Shown here piece by piece: positions 1 to 8,434 of a stretch of DNA of 22,001 nt. The stretch spans positions 1 to 22,001 of the forward strand of contig JAVYLQ010000005.1 in assembly GCA_038740615.1 (NCBI GenBank), written 5' to 3'. Origin of the DNA: Candidatus Anstonellales archaeon (GTDB taxonomy: Archaea > Micrarchaeota > Micrarchaeia > Anstonellales > J096). The notes below the pieces were generated by a model. It searched no databases. It saw nothing but the letters and a program-made list of their open reading frames with translations, and was not told where the DNA came from. The first letter of the stretch is position 1. Each line of letters begins with the position of its first letter. The position numbers and the translations under genes are program-made.

Positions 1-369
1 TGGATTATTAGAGCACCAAATCTGAATCTGAATATTCCAGCATATGCGATATGGGTATATATTAGTAGTATAAAATCCAGATTCGATAAAGCACTGAGGT
101 TAGCTGAAGAGTATAGCAGAAAGGGAATAAGAGATGAGAGAGAGGATATTAAAGATTTAAGAGAGAAGTTCAGAGAATTGGTTCGGAATGGAATATTAGA
201 CTCTACAACAGATCTAGAACTTGTGATATTGGCAAAAGAGCTTGATGCCTCCATATTAACAGCTGATCAGGGGATAATTAAGTTTGCAGAATCCTTGGGC
301 TGTTCAATAATATATGCAGATTCTGTGAAATACTTTTTGGATAATTATGGATTGGGTGATAATCGCTAG
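1..369 (+). CDS. RNA-free (protein-only) RNase P, HARP / Aq_880 family PIN protein, 5'-partial
   Basis: Frame 1 is open from base 1 (WIIRAPNLNLNIPAYAIWVYISSIKSRFDKALRLAEE...IKDLREKFRELVRNGILDSTTDLELVILAKELDASILTADQG). The LRE.(F/Y)RE...GILDS..D...LA.ELD....ADxG pattern is the HARP signature. The ORF track only shows the part from 178. Confidence 0.88.
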   Translation, partial: WIIRAPNLNLNIPAYAIWVYISSIKSRFDKALRLAEEYSRKGIRDEREDIKDLREKFRELVRNGILDSTTDLELVILAKELDASILTADQGIIKFAESLGCSIIYADSVKYFLDNYGLGDNR

Positions 370-1420
370 TTTATTCTCTTTTATACCAGGAATGCATCCA
401 AATACATATTGTTCTCTTTTCTATAATTCAGAATTGATCGGCTATGTTATAGGTTTTACGATAATCATGTCAGTACTTGGGATTGTGTTGTTTAGTACTT
501 CATCAGATTCCACCGTAGGTCCATTTGTATATCGATTATTCCAGCAGGATAGTGGATATGTATATCAATATTTACTATTCATGCTAATAGGTATGGGGTT
601 TGGAGTTCTAATAGGGGATCTGTACGAAATTGTACAACAGTTAAAAAATTACCGATATTTTGTTTATTCTATTGTAATTTTTATAATTATATACATATTA
701 ATTAGAAAAAATATAAAATTCACCCTAGGATTTCTTATCAGTGGACTGTGGGGATTGATGGTTATAGATGAGAAATATATGTTTCATATATTTGCTGGTA
801 TGTTTGGATTAGTGTATTTATTCAATAGTTTGATAGATAATGACAATAATACTAGCTCAGCTGAATTGAAAAGTACTAATATCGACATTAATATAGATTC
901 AATCCTTTATATGGTCTTAGGGATTGTAGTGGGTTATTTTTCACTGATATTCCCAGGAATCTCCTCCCCATCTATTTTTGGATCTCTTTTCATAGCAATC
1001 CCCAATCCATCTCAATATATTTACTATTATTCTACTCTGATAGGTTTTCAATCCACTGCCAGTATATACTATTACTACTATACCGGTAATATCAGAAATG
1101 GTTATGTTACTTGTATTAACTCTACAGAGAGACTACTACAGATGTTTATTGGAATAATCCTAGGTACAGCTGTCTTATTTATGATTGTGAAGTATTTAGG
1201 ATCTATAACAATTCCTAAATTTATCTATTTAATAGTGGTGTTTATTATATTAGGATATTCTTATGTATCAGAAGGGATATTTGGTGTGTTTATTACTTTT
1301 GGATCAGCTATTGTTTCATACATAAATCAGGTTCCTCTGAGAGCTGGAGCTGATGCAAACATGGGAGTTATTGCCATACCAACGTTATATCTAATTATTA
1401 GATTTTTTATTCAATACTAA
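347..1420 (+). CDS. Archaeal TctA-like (DUF112) tripartite tricarboxylate transporter-family membrane protein
   Basis: Polytopic hydrophobic protein with N-terminal FIPGMHPN motif and a repeated FPGISSPS motif in the second half, plus FAGMFGL. Confidence 0.65.
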   Translation: MDWVIIASLFSFIPGMHPNTYCSLFYNSELIGYVIGFTIIMSVLGIVLFSTSSDSTVGPFVYRLFQQDSGYVYQYLLFMLIGMGFGVLIGDLYEIVQQLKNYRYFVYSIVIFIIIYILIRKNIKFTLGFLISGLWGLMVIDEKYMFHIFAGMFGLVYLFNSLIDNDNNTSSAELKSTNIDINIDSILYMVLGIVVGYFSLIFPGISSPSIFGSLFIAIPNPSQYIYYYSTLIGFQSTASIYYYYYTGNIRNGYVTCINSTERLLQMFIGIILGTAVLFMIVKYLGSITIPKFIYLIVVFIILGYSYVSEGIFGVFITFGSAIVSYINQVPLRAGADANMGVIAIPTLYLIIRFFIQY

Positions 1421-1801
1421 TTCTTTTACATAATTCTTGTAATTTTGTGGTAAGAATATACTAACATAAGTTTCTACATCAGTATTGTTACATTCAGAAT
1501 AGTTGATGTATATTTTAATAGTGTTGGCCATTCTAGTTATATTATATACTTCAATCTCACAAGCATTTGGGATAGAAAATACATAATTATATGATAAATT
1601 CTCAGAACTATTCAAACTCCATTCAACTGGACTCTCATTAATAATCATCTGCTGTATATGTATTACTAAGATTAATAGGAATACTACTCCGATTATCTCT
1701 AATTCGCTTAAGAATCTGCGCAAATGCTCTCTATTTGCTAATAGAATTGATATCACTCCTATGGAGAACAATATTAGGAAAAGTATAATGAAAAAATCCA
1801 T
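1391..1801 (-). CDS. Hypothetical membrane protein (2 N-terminal TM helices, small soluble domain with 2 Cys)
   Basis: ATG start 1 nt after the stop of the KaiC-like gene; two hydrophobic segments; no recognisable motif. Confidence 0.6.
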   Translation of the reverse strand: MDFFIILFLILFSIGVISILLANREHLRRFLSELEIIGVVFLLILVIHIQQMIINESPVEWSLNSSENLSYNYVFSIPNACEIEVYNITRMANTIKIYINYSECNNTDVETYVSIFLPQNYKNYVKELVLNKKSNN

Positions 1802-1802
1802 C

Positions 1803-2492
1803 TTAGAACAACTTCTCCCCTACATATACCTTTATCCCTCTAGGGGTAACCCTATATGGCACTATATCAGTGTTGTGGGCAGTTCCTCTAAGTTTATATA
1901 TTTCAAGAGCTCTGATTCTTGTCTCTCCTCTATATATATTATAGAGATTTATAATTCCGTCTAAAACATAATGCTCTATTGAGTATTCAAAAGATTCTCT
2001 AGCTGATGTAGGAGCTTCTATTATTGGAAATACACTTATGTCTAAAGTTCTAAGTAGATTTAGAAACTCTATCAGGCCTCTTCTATATTCTGGCTCAGAG
2101 CTAAATAGAGATTTGAATATTGTTAGAGAATCAATAACAAGTCTGGAAACATTGTATTTTAACACCCCTTTCTCTATCTGGTTGATAATTCCATTGATAT
2201 CATATGTCTCATTTTTCTCTATTATCAGCATATTTCTATTTACCAAATCTCTTATATTTTTAAACTCTGAAAACTGGGATTCCATATTCTCTATTATCAT
2301 CTCTGGTGGTTCTTCTAGCGTGAAATAATACCCTACTTCACCCATCAGAGCTCCTTTATACAATATTTCGAATGTAAATGTAGTCTTACCAGTACCTGGT
2401 CCACCATAGAATCCTATGTGCCTGTTCTTTGGGAATCCTCCGTTTAGCATCTCATCAAACTCAGCAATTCCAGTTTTTATTTTCTCTACCAT
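1803..2492 (-). CDS. KaiC-like / RAD55-family RecA-superfamily ATPase, single domain
   Basis: KTGI..FDEML.GG.P, Walker A GGPGTGKT, TLEE, Walker B RLVIDS, C-terminal RALEIYKLRGTAH. Confidence 0.92.
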   Translation of the reverse strand: MVEKIKTGIAEFDEMLNGGFPKNRHIGFYGGPGTGKTTFTFEILYKGALMGEVGYYFTLEEPPEMIIENMESQFSEFKNIRDLVNRNMLIIEKNETYDINGIINQIEKGVLKYNVSRLVIDSLTIFKSLFSSEPEYRRGLIEFLNLLRTLDISVFPIIEAPTSARESFEYSIEHYVLDGIINLYNIYRGETRIRALEIYKLRGTAHNTDIVPYRVTPRGIKVYVGEKLF

Positions 2493-2515
2493 ATGCTAGT
2501 ATTATGTGAGTTACG

Positions 2516-2524
2516 TTTTATAAA
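2516..2524. promoter_or_regulatory. Palindromic TATA box between divergent kaiC-like and dys genes
   Basis: TTTATAAA at 2517-2524, centred about 28 nt from ATG 2492 (-) and about 25 nt from ATG 2545 (+). Confidence 0.6.
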
Positions 2525-2544
2525 TCTTTATCAAAATTAAACTT

Positions 2545-3435
2545 ATGGACATATTAGAGAATCCTGTTAAGGATGTGGATAATTTAAAAGATTACTTGAA
2601 TTATATCACCCAAGTAGGTTTTCAATCTACTGAATTGGGAAGAGCAAGAGAGGTTCTAAAGGAGATGTACAATCAGAAAAATGTTCTAAAAATACTGACT
2701 TTTACAGGGAATCTAGTTGCCACAGGACTGAGAGGATTTTTTATGAGAATGATTGAGAGAGGATATGTAGATATTATAGTTACAACTGGCGCTACAATAG
2801 ATCATGATGTTATAAGAAGTTTTACCGATTATTACATAGGCAGATTTAAGGTGAATGATAGGGAACTTTACAATCAAGGGATAAATCGATTGGGTAACAT
2901 ATACGTACCTGATAGTGCATATGAACTCTTTGAAAAAATAACAAGAGAGATTTTCAGAGATGGAGGCGAATACAGTCCTAGCGAGATAGCCTGGAAATAT
3001 GGTGAGTATCTGTACAATAAAGGTAAAAGATCTATCTTATCATTATGTTACCAGAAGAGAATTCCTATAATATCACCTGGAATTATTGATGCTGCTGTTG
3101 GTTTGAATTTCTATTTCATATCAAAGAGTAGGCAGATAGAAGTAAACCCTGTGAAAGATCTAAATATGTATTTGAATAGAATACTTGAAGCGGAGAAGAC
3201 TGGTGCTCTAATAATAGGTGGGGGTATAAGTAAACATCATACTATAGGAGCTAACATAATAAGGAATGGTCTGGATTATGCAGTATATATCAATACAGCT
3301 AATGAATGGGATGGATCTTTGAGTGGGGCTAGAACAGATGAAGCAGTAAGCTGGGGAAAGATCAAAGACAAGCATATAAATGTTTATGGAGAAGCTACTT
3401 ATATCTTACCAATTCTATTATACGATTTACTATGA
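2545..3435 (+). CDS. dys: Deoxyhypusine synthase
   Basis: GFQSTELGRA, TGNLVATGLR, INRLGNI, GGGISKHH, DGSLSGA..EAVSWGK (catalytic Lys). Confidence 0.96.
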   Translation: MDILENPVKDVDNLKDYLNYITQVGFQSTELGRAREVLKEMYNQKNVLKILTFTGNLVATGLRGFFMRMIERGYVDIIVTTGATIDHDVIRSFTDYYIGRFKVNDRELYNQGINRLGNIYVPDSAYELFEKITREIFRDGGEYSPSEIAWKYGEYLYNKGKRSILSLCYQKRIPIISPGIIDAAVGLNFYFISKSRQIEVNPVKDLNMYLNRILEAEKTGALIIGGGISKHHTIGANIIRNGLDYAVYINTANEWDGSLSGARTDEAVSWGKIKDKHINVYGEATYILPILLYDLL

Positions 3436-4184
3436 TAGATAGAGCTATATTGTTACCTACTTATAATGAGGAGCTAGGAATAGCGAAGGTTATAGAATCT
3501 ATATACTCTGTAGATCCTGATGTAAAAATATTCCTAGCAGATTCTAGTACAGATAGAACTCCTGAGATTGCAGAGAGCATGGGTGCTTTGGTGTTGAAAA
3601 CTGAGAAGAGAGGTAAAGCTTATTCTGTAGCTGATGCTTTCAGAAGAATCGATGCTGAAAAGTTGATAATGCTGGATGCTGATGGAACCTACCCATCCGA
3701 TCAGATACCAGCAATATTCAAAATGTTGGATGAGTATGAGGTAGTGTTGACCAGTAGAATTAGAGGTAAGATAGAACCGGGAGCAATGCCTCTGATAAAT
3801 AGATTCACTAATCTATTTACTTCAGCTTATACCAGGTTTATTTTGAATACCAACGTAACTGATGTTATGTCTGGGATGATAGGGTTTAGGTATAATGCGT
3901 ATAAGAATATAGAGATAAAATCTAATAGATTTGAATTGGAGGTAGAGATAATCACAGAAGTGATAGCTAAACGATTCAAGACAGCAGAACTAGCAATAAG
4001 GTTCAGTAAGAGATATGGGTCTCCTAAGATAGAATGGATAGATGGATTCAGAATTCTATATTATCTTACAAAGAGAGCTTTACCTCTCTTAAAAAGAGGA
4101 GCAGTGGGATGGAAAGTAGATATGTATGATCTGGAAAGATTAATTTCCAGAAAGCCAAATATTCATAGATCGATAGATGAATAG
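3432..4184 (+). CDS. GT2 glycosyltransferase, dolichol-phosphate sugar synthase-like (DPM1/AglJ type)
   Basis: LPTYNEE, DSSTDRT, RGKA, DADGTY (DxD), TDVMSG, FELEVEI; ATGA overlap with dys. Confidence 0.88.
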   Translation: MIDRAILLPTYNEELGIAKVIESIYSVDPDVKIFLADSSTDRTPEIAESMGALVLKTEKRGKAYSVADAFRRIDAEKLIMLDADGTYPSDQIPAIFKMLDEYEVVLTSRIRGKIEPGAMPLINRFTNLFTSAYTRFILNTNVTDVMSGMIGFRYNAYKNIEIKSNRFELEVEIITEVIAKRFKTAELAIRFSKRYGSPKIEWIDGFRILYYLTKRALPLLKRGAVGWKVDMYDLERLISRKPNIHRSIDE

Positions 4185-4794
4185 AAGGGAAATAGGTATT
4201 TATAAGAGTAATTCCAGAGAAAAATATTATGATAAATATATAAACATCAATCAGATTCATATGCACTGTATTAGACGTATCTAATCTACCCTTAATCTCT
4301 AATATTCTCAAAGGATAGAACCATTGGATCCCTTTAACAGTTAAAGAATCCAAGTATAGATGAATGAGAAATGCTAGTGCTGCTAACCATATATATTGCT
4401 CAGGAATCTGAATCTTCTGATTGTATACAGAAAAGATTGATGTAATCAGAAAGGTAATTACAGCTATGGAAACCAGTCCAAATATTACTGAATGAGAAGT
4501 TTCCCTATGATAGCTGTTTGATTTTCTAATTAGTATTCTTACGATGAAGTCATATGGAATGAATATCATTAATCTAATCAATTCTGTTATTTTACTTAGA
4601 AATAGGAAGTATCCTTTGAGTTTGCCGTATGATAAGGATGAATTTGTGAATTTTTTTCCAGATAGATCTATATCTGGCAGTACTGAAAATATGAGGACAA
4701 TACTGATTGATAGGAATGCTGCTAAAGGGGAGGAAGTATCTAAAAATGGTAAGAGAAAAATCAGAGTAAGTAATATATGTTGATGCTGTAACAT
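4066..4794 (-). CDS. Membrane-bound metal-dependent hydrolase (YdjM family)
   Basis: N-terminal His, LPDID, HRETSHS, HLYLDSLT..G..W.YP motifs in a multi-TM protein. Confidence 0.85.
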   Translation of the reverse strand: MLQHQHILLTLIFLLPFLDTSSPLAAFLSISIVLIFSVLPDIDLSGKKFTNSSLSYGKLKGYFLFLSKITELIRLMIFIPYDFIVRILIRKSNSYHRETSHSVIFGLVSIAVITFLITSIFSVYNQKIQIPEQYIWLAALAFLIHLYLDSLTVKGIQWFYPLRILEIKGRLDTSNTVHMNLIDVYIFIIIFFSGITLINTYFPSIHLSIYEYLAFWKLIFPDHTYLLSIPLLLFLREVKLSL

Positions 4795-4795
4795 T

Positions 4796-5821
4796 CTATT
4801 TTACAATCATCCTCTTTTTCTTGAGATACATTGCATAATCTATATATTCCTTTCTATCTATGTAGTAAGAGGTTTTGAACATAGGTGGGTTTGGATTTTT
4901 AACTTCATATATGAATGCATCTGATCCCGCTCCTGAACCAAAGCTTACATGTAATATCAAATCTCCTTTATTAGCATTATCCAATACATTAGCCAATCCA
5001 ATCATGGTAGCAGCACTGTAAGTATTTCCTATGTAAGGCACTAGTAATCCATATTTTAGCTGATCTTCGGTTATTCCATACTTCTTAGCGATAGCCTTGG
5101 GGAATTTTGCATTTGGCTGGTGTAGAACTACATGCTGAAAGTTCGAGATTTTATAACCTGTGTTGTTCAGTATACCATCAATTGCCATTTGAATATGTTT
5201 GAAGTATGCTGGTTCTCCTGTGAATCTACCACCATGTGACGGATATTTGACCCCTTCTCTTCTCCAGAAATCTGTTGTATCTGTTGTAACTGAGTATGTA
5301 GCTAATATCTCAGCGATAACCCTTCTACCCTTACCTATTACAAATGCTGCTGCTCCCGCACCAGCAGAATACTCTAGAGCATCAGCAGGTCTACCTTGAG
5401 CAGTATCACTACCTATTGATATCCCTGCAGATATCAGATCACCCTTTACCATCCCATATATAGCAACCATACCTGCAGTACCCGCTCTACATGCAAATTC
5501 CATATCTGCAGCCACTAGATTTGGAGTTATACCCAAGGCTTCTGCTACTATTGCTGCACTTGACTTAACCACATATGGATGACTCTCACTACCTACAAAT
5601 ACAGCCCCTATATTACCCCATTCAAGAGCATTTGATTTTGCATTTTGAGCTGCTTGGATAGCCATGGTTACCGTATCCTCGTCATAATCTGGAACAGATT
5701 TTTCTATGATCCCTAATCCCTGTTCTATTCTTTCCGGATCTTCTCCCCAGATCTTAGCTATTGTTTCAGCTCTGATTCTATATTTGGGGATATAACTTCC
5801 ATATCCTATAATCCCTATCAT
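4796..5821 (-). CDS. Hydroxymethylglutaryl-CoA synthase, archaeal type
   Basis: GYGSYIPKYRI, DEDTVTMA, VGSESHPY, EFACRAGT (catalytic Cys), HQPN, IGNTYS, SFGSGAGSD. Confidence 0.94.
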   Translation of the reverse strand: MIGIIGYGSYIPKYRIRAETIAKIWGEDPERIEQGLGIIEKSVPDYDEDTVTMAIQAAQNAKSNALEWGNIGAVFVGSESHPYVVKSSAAIVAEALGITPNLVAADMEFACRAGTAGMVAIYGMVKGDLISAGISIGSDTAQGRPADALEYSAGAGAAAFVIGKGRRVIAEILATYSVTTDTTDFWRREGVKYPSHGGRFTGEPAYFKHIQMAIDGILNNTGYKISNFQHVVLHQPNAKFPKAIAKKYGITEDQLKYGLLVPYIGNTYSAATMIGLANVLDNANKGDLILHVSFGSGAGSDAFIYEVKNPNPPMFKTSYYIDRKEYIDYAMYLKKKRMIVK

Positions 5822-5857
5822 GAATTTTTAGTATTGTATAAGCTTTTAAACTCAATA

Positions 5858-5871
5858 TGTAAATATTTACA
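5858..5871. promoter_or_regulatory. Perfect 14-bp palindrome TGTAAATATTTACA, putative operator between divergent promoters
   Basis: Self-complementary; lies between TATA-like boxes at about 5844-5850 (serving HMG-CoA synthase) and 5884-5891 (serving lysS). Confidence 0.4.
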
Positions 5872-5908
5872 CCAAAAGAATTATTTTTAAAATGATGTGA
5901 ATTAATTA

Positions 5909-7384
5909 ATGGAGAAATATTGGCATTGGAGTGATAGGTTAGCTGATCAATTGCTGGGATTGAATAAAGATACATATGTTATAACAGCTGGAATTACACC
6001 ATCCGGTCCAGTTCATCTGGGATCAGTATGTGAATTTCTCTTTCCAGAAGCAATATACAGAGCTCTGAGATTTAAGAGTGATAAAGAGGTAAAGATGTAT
6101 TTCATAGTAGATGTTCTAGATGCTCTAGATTCTATAACTGCAGATCTACAGGATTACAGCGATATCATAAATGAAGATATGGGTAAACCACTGAAACTTG
6201 CTAGAGATCCTAAAGGAGAATTTGGGAGCTATGCTGAGAGGTATGTAAATGAACTGAGATATGTGATGAGTAAATTTAAGGTACACTTGGAATTGGTTGA
6301 AGTTAGTGATATGTATGATCAGGGTTTATTTGATAAATATACTTTAATATATCTTCAAAATATTGACAAGGTTAAGGAGATAATTCGGAATACGTCTGGA
6401 AGAGAATTACCAAAAGACTGGAATCCTGTGATGCCGATCTGTAGCAAATGTAATCGTATCGATTCAACAAGAGTGATATCCTATGATGCTATAACAGGAG
6501 ATTATGAATACATATGTAATAATTGTGGTAATACAGAGAGAACTAACATTAAGGAGCATAGGTATAAGTTACAGTGGAGATTGCACTGGCCTAGCTGGCA
6601 AGCTATAATGAATAGTGATATTGAAGGTGGTGGGGTAGATCATTTCACTAAAGGTGGGAGTAGAGATACAGCTGTTAAAATCCATACTGAAATATTGGGA
6701 AGAAATCCTCCAATTGGATATAAATATGGATTTGTACTGCTGGATGGTAAGAAGTACTCGAAGAGCAAAGGCATAGGTATGTATGTAAGAGATATGATGG
6801 AATTAATACCCGCGGAGATCATAGCATATCATCTTCTGAAGTATGATCTGGAAGAGAATATTGATTTTAATCCCACAAAGGAGAAGATACTGGGAATGAT
6901 AGAGGATTTTGAAGATGCGGCAAAAATAACGCCGTCAGATAATCTTACCAGAGGAGATAGAAAAAGATATTCTGCATTCAGATTATTCGGTAGACATCCA
7001 AAAGTGGCTTTCAAAGAGATGCTGTTATATTACTCTATTTATAGAGACTGGAATAGAGTTAAAATCCATATACCAATTGATGAATACTATACTGGGTTTA
7101 TAGAGAATTGGTATAGGAGAGGATTTGTACCGGATGATTACGATTTTAGTTATAAACCTAAAAAGATTGATAGATTCAGAGATCTAGTTGAGAGCTGGAA
7201 TTCTAATATGTCCTCTCTGGATATACATAATTCAGTTTATGATTATGCCCAGAAGAATGGAGTTGCTGCTAATGAGATATTTAAGTATCTATACAATCAT
7301 CTGATAGCCAAGGATAGGGGGCCTAGATTAGGTAAATTGATATATGCGTTGGGTGTTGAGAGAGTTAAGAGCGACATACTATGA
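5909..7384 (+). CDS. lysS: Lysine--tRNA ligase, class I
   Basis: HWSD, GITPSGPVHLGS (HIGH-like), CSKC/CNNC zinc site, KLQWRLHWP, EGGGVDH, KYSKSKG (KMSKS-like), GPRLG. Confidence 0.96.
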   Translation: MEKYWHWSDRLADQLLGLNKDTYVITAGITPSGPVHLGSVCEFLFPEAIYRALRFKSDKEVKMYFIVDVLDALDSITADLQDYSDIINEDMGKPLKLARDPKGEFGSYAERYVNELRYVMSKFKVHLELVEVSDMYDQGLFDKYTLIYLQNIDKVKEIIRNTSGRELPKDWNPVMPICSKCNRIDSTRVISYDAITGDYEYICNNCGNTERTNIKEHRYKLQWRLHWPSWQAIMNSDIEGGGVDHFTKGGSRDTAVKIHTEILGRNPPIGYKYGFVLLDGKKYSKSKGIGMYVRDMMELIPAEIIAYHLLKYDLEENIDFNPTKEKILGMIEDFEDAAKITPSDNLTRGDRKRYSAFRLFGRHPKVAFKEMLLYYSIYRDWNRVKIHIPIDEYYTGFIENWYRRGFVPDDYDFSYKPKKIDRFRDLVESWNSNMSSLDIHNSVYDYAQKNGVAANEIFKYLYNHLIAKDRGPRLGKLIYALGVERVKSDIL

Positions 7385-7983
7385 ATGGTATAAAGGAAAT
7401 AATTTATGAGATTATTCATGATGAAATCCTTAGAGATGTTATTGTGCTATACTTGTGGTCATTCTCTGAATCTATCATATGGCCGATCCCCATAGCTTTT
7501 ATACTAGCAGCATACACAATAGCAAATCCAGGTAATTGGTGGTTATATGGAATCACAGTTACAATAGGTTCGGTATCTGGAGCTATAGTTTCATACTATC
7601 TTGGCAAGATATTCAAAGATATCATATTAACCTCTAAATCCTTAGAACTCTTTAGAAAATTGATTGGGATAGATCAGCAGAAATTCAAACAAGTTCAGGA
7701 TATGTATGATAAATATGGTGGTTATGCTATAATACTGGCTGCGATATCACCTATACCATATAAACTAGTCACATGGGTTTCGGGCATGATGGAGTATAAT
7801 ATGAAATGGTTTTTAATATTATCTGTAATTGGTAGAGGGGTTACATTTCTGTTTATGGCACTAGCATTTAGTGTGTTTGGAGAATTAGCAAACGAAGTTT
7901 TGAAACCTCTAAAAGATCTTGGGTGGATCGTAGTTTTAGCTATAATAATAGGATATTTGATTTATAAATTTTACAAAAAATAG
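7381..7983 (+). CDS. DedA/VTT (YqaA-like) membrane protein
   Basis: SFSESIIWPIP, GSVSGAIVSYYLG, KYG, SPIPYK, GR motif; ATGA overlap with lysS. Confidence 0.88.
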   Translation: MNGIKEIIYEIIHDEILRDVIVLYLWSFSESIIWPIPIAFILAAYTIANPGNWWLYGITVTIGSVSGAIVSYYLGKIFKDIILTSKSLELFRKLIGIDQQKFKQVQDMYDKYGGYAIILAAISPIPYKLVTWVSGMMEYNMKWFLILSVIGRGVTFLFMALAFSVFGELANEVLKPLKDLGWIVVLAIIIGYLIYKFYKK

Positions 7984-7986
7984 AAA

Positions 7987-7997
7987 TTTATTTAAAA
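7987..7997 (+). promoter_or_regulatory. TATA box of the lrp-PINA-hef unit
   Basis: TTTATTTAAAA about 25 nt upstream of ATG 8018. Confidence 0.5.
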
Positions 7998-8017
7998 TTA
8001 ATACCAAATAATATTTC

Positions 8018-8434
8018 ATGAAAATTGATGAAACAGATGAGTTCATTATTGCAGAGATGAAACTGAATGGTAAGATGAAGCTAAGAGAATTAGCTAAGAC
8101 ATTAGATCTACCAATATCAACAGTACATTATAGAATTAAAAAGCTGATCCGTGAGGGGATATTAAGAAAGAGTGTGATAGTAGATTGGAAAAGATTAAAT
8201 TATAATATATTGGGATTTGTGTACCTGAAAATTGATGGGGTTAAAGTAGATGAAGTACGTAAAATCGTTAGAGAACTACCTTTTGTTGAGAATACTTATA
8301 GTCTATTGGATGATTATAATCTTATGCTTATAGTTAGAGCTAAGGATATGGAGGATTTTGGTCAAAATATATCAAAGATAAGGTCAATTATCCCTGAGCA
8401 TTCTATAAGAGTGGTGTTTGGAGATGAAAGATAG
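8018..8434 (+). CDS. Lrp/AsnC-family transcriptional regulator
   Basis: IDETD..II, ELAKTLDLPISTVHYRIKKL..EGI HTH, followed by a RAM-like domain. Confidence 0.93.
   Translation: MKIDETDEFIIAEMKLNGKMKLRELAKTLDLPISTVHYRIKKLIREGILRKSVIVDWKRLNYNILGFVYLKIDGVKVDEVRKIVRELPFVENTYSLLDDYNLMLIVRAKDMEDFGQNISKIRSIIPEHSIRVVFGDER

Noticed and set aside
1803..2492. Circadian clock KaiC or RadA/RadB
   Set aside because: Single domain, no Ser-Thr phosphosite pair, no kaiA/kaiB; the C-terminal K.RG..H motif is KaiC-like rather than RadA/RadB.
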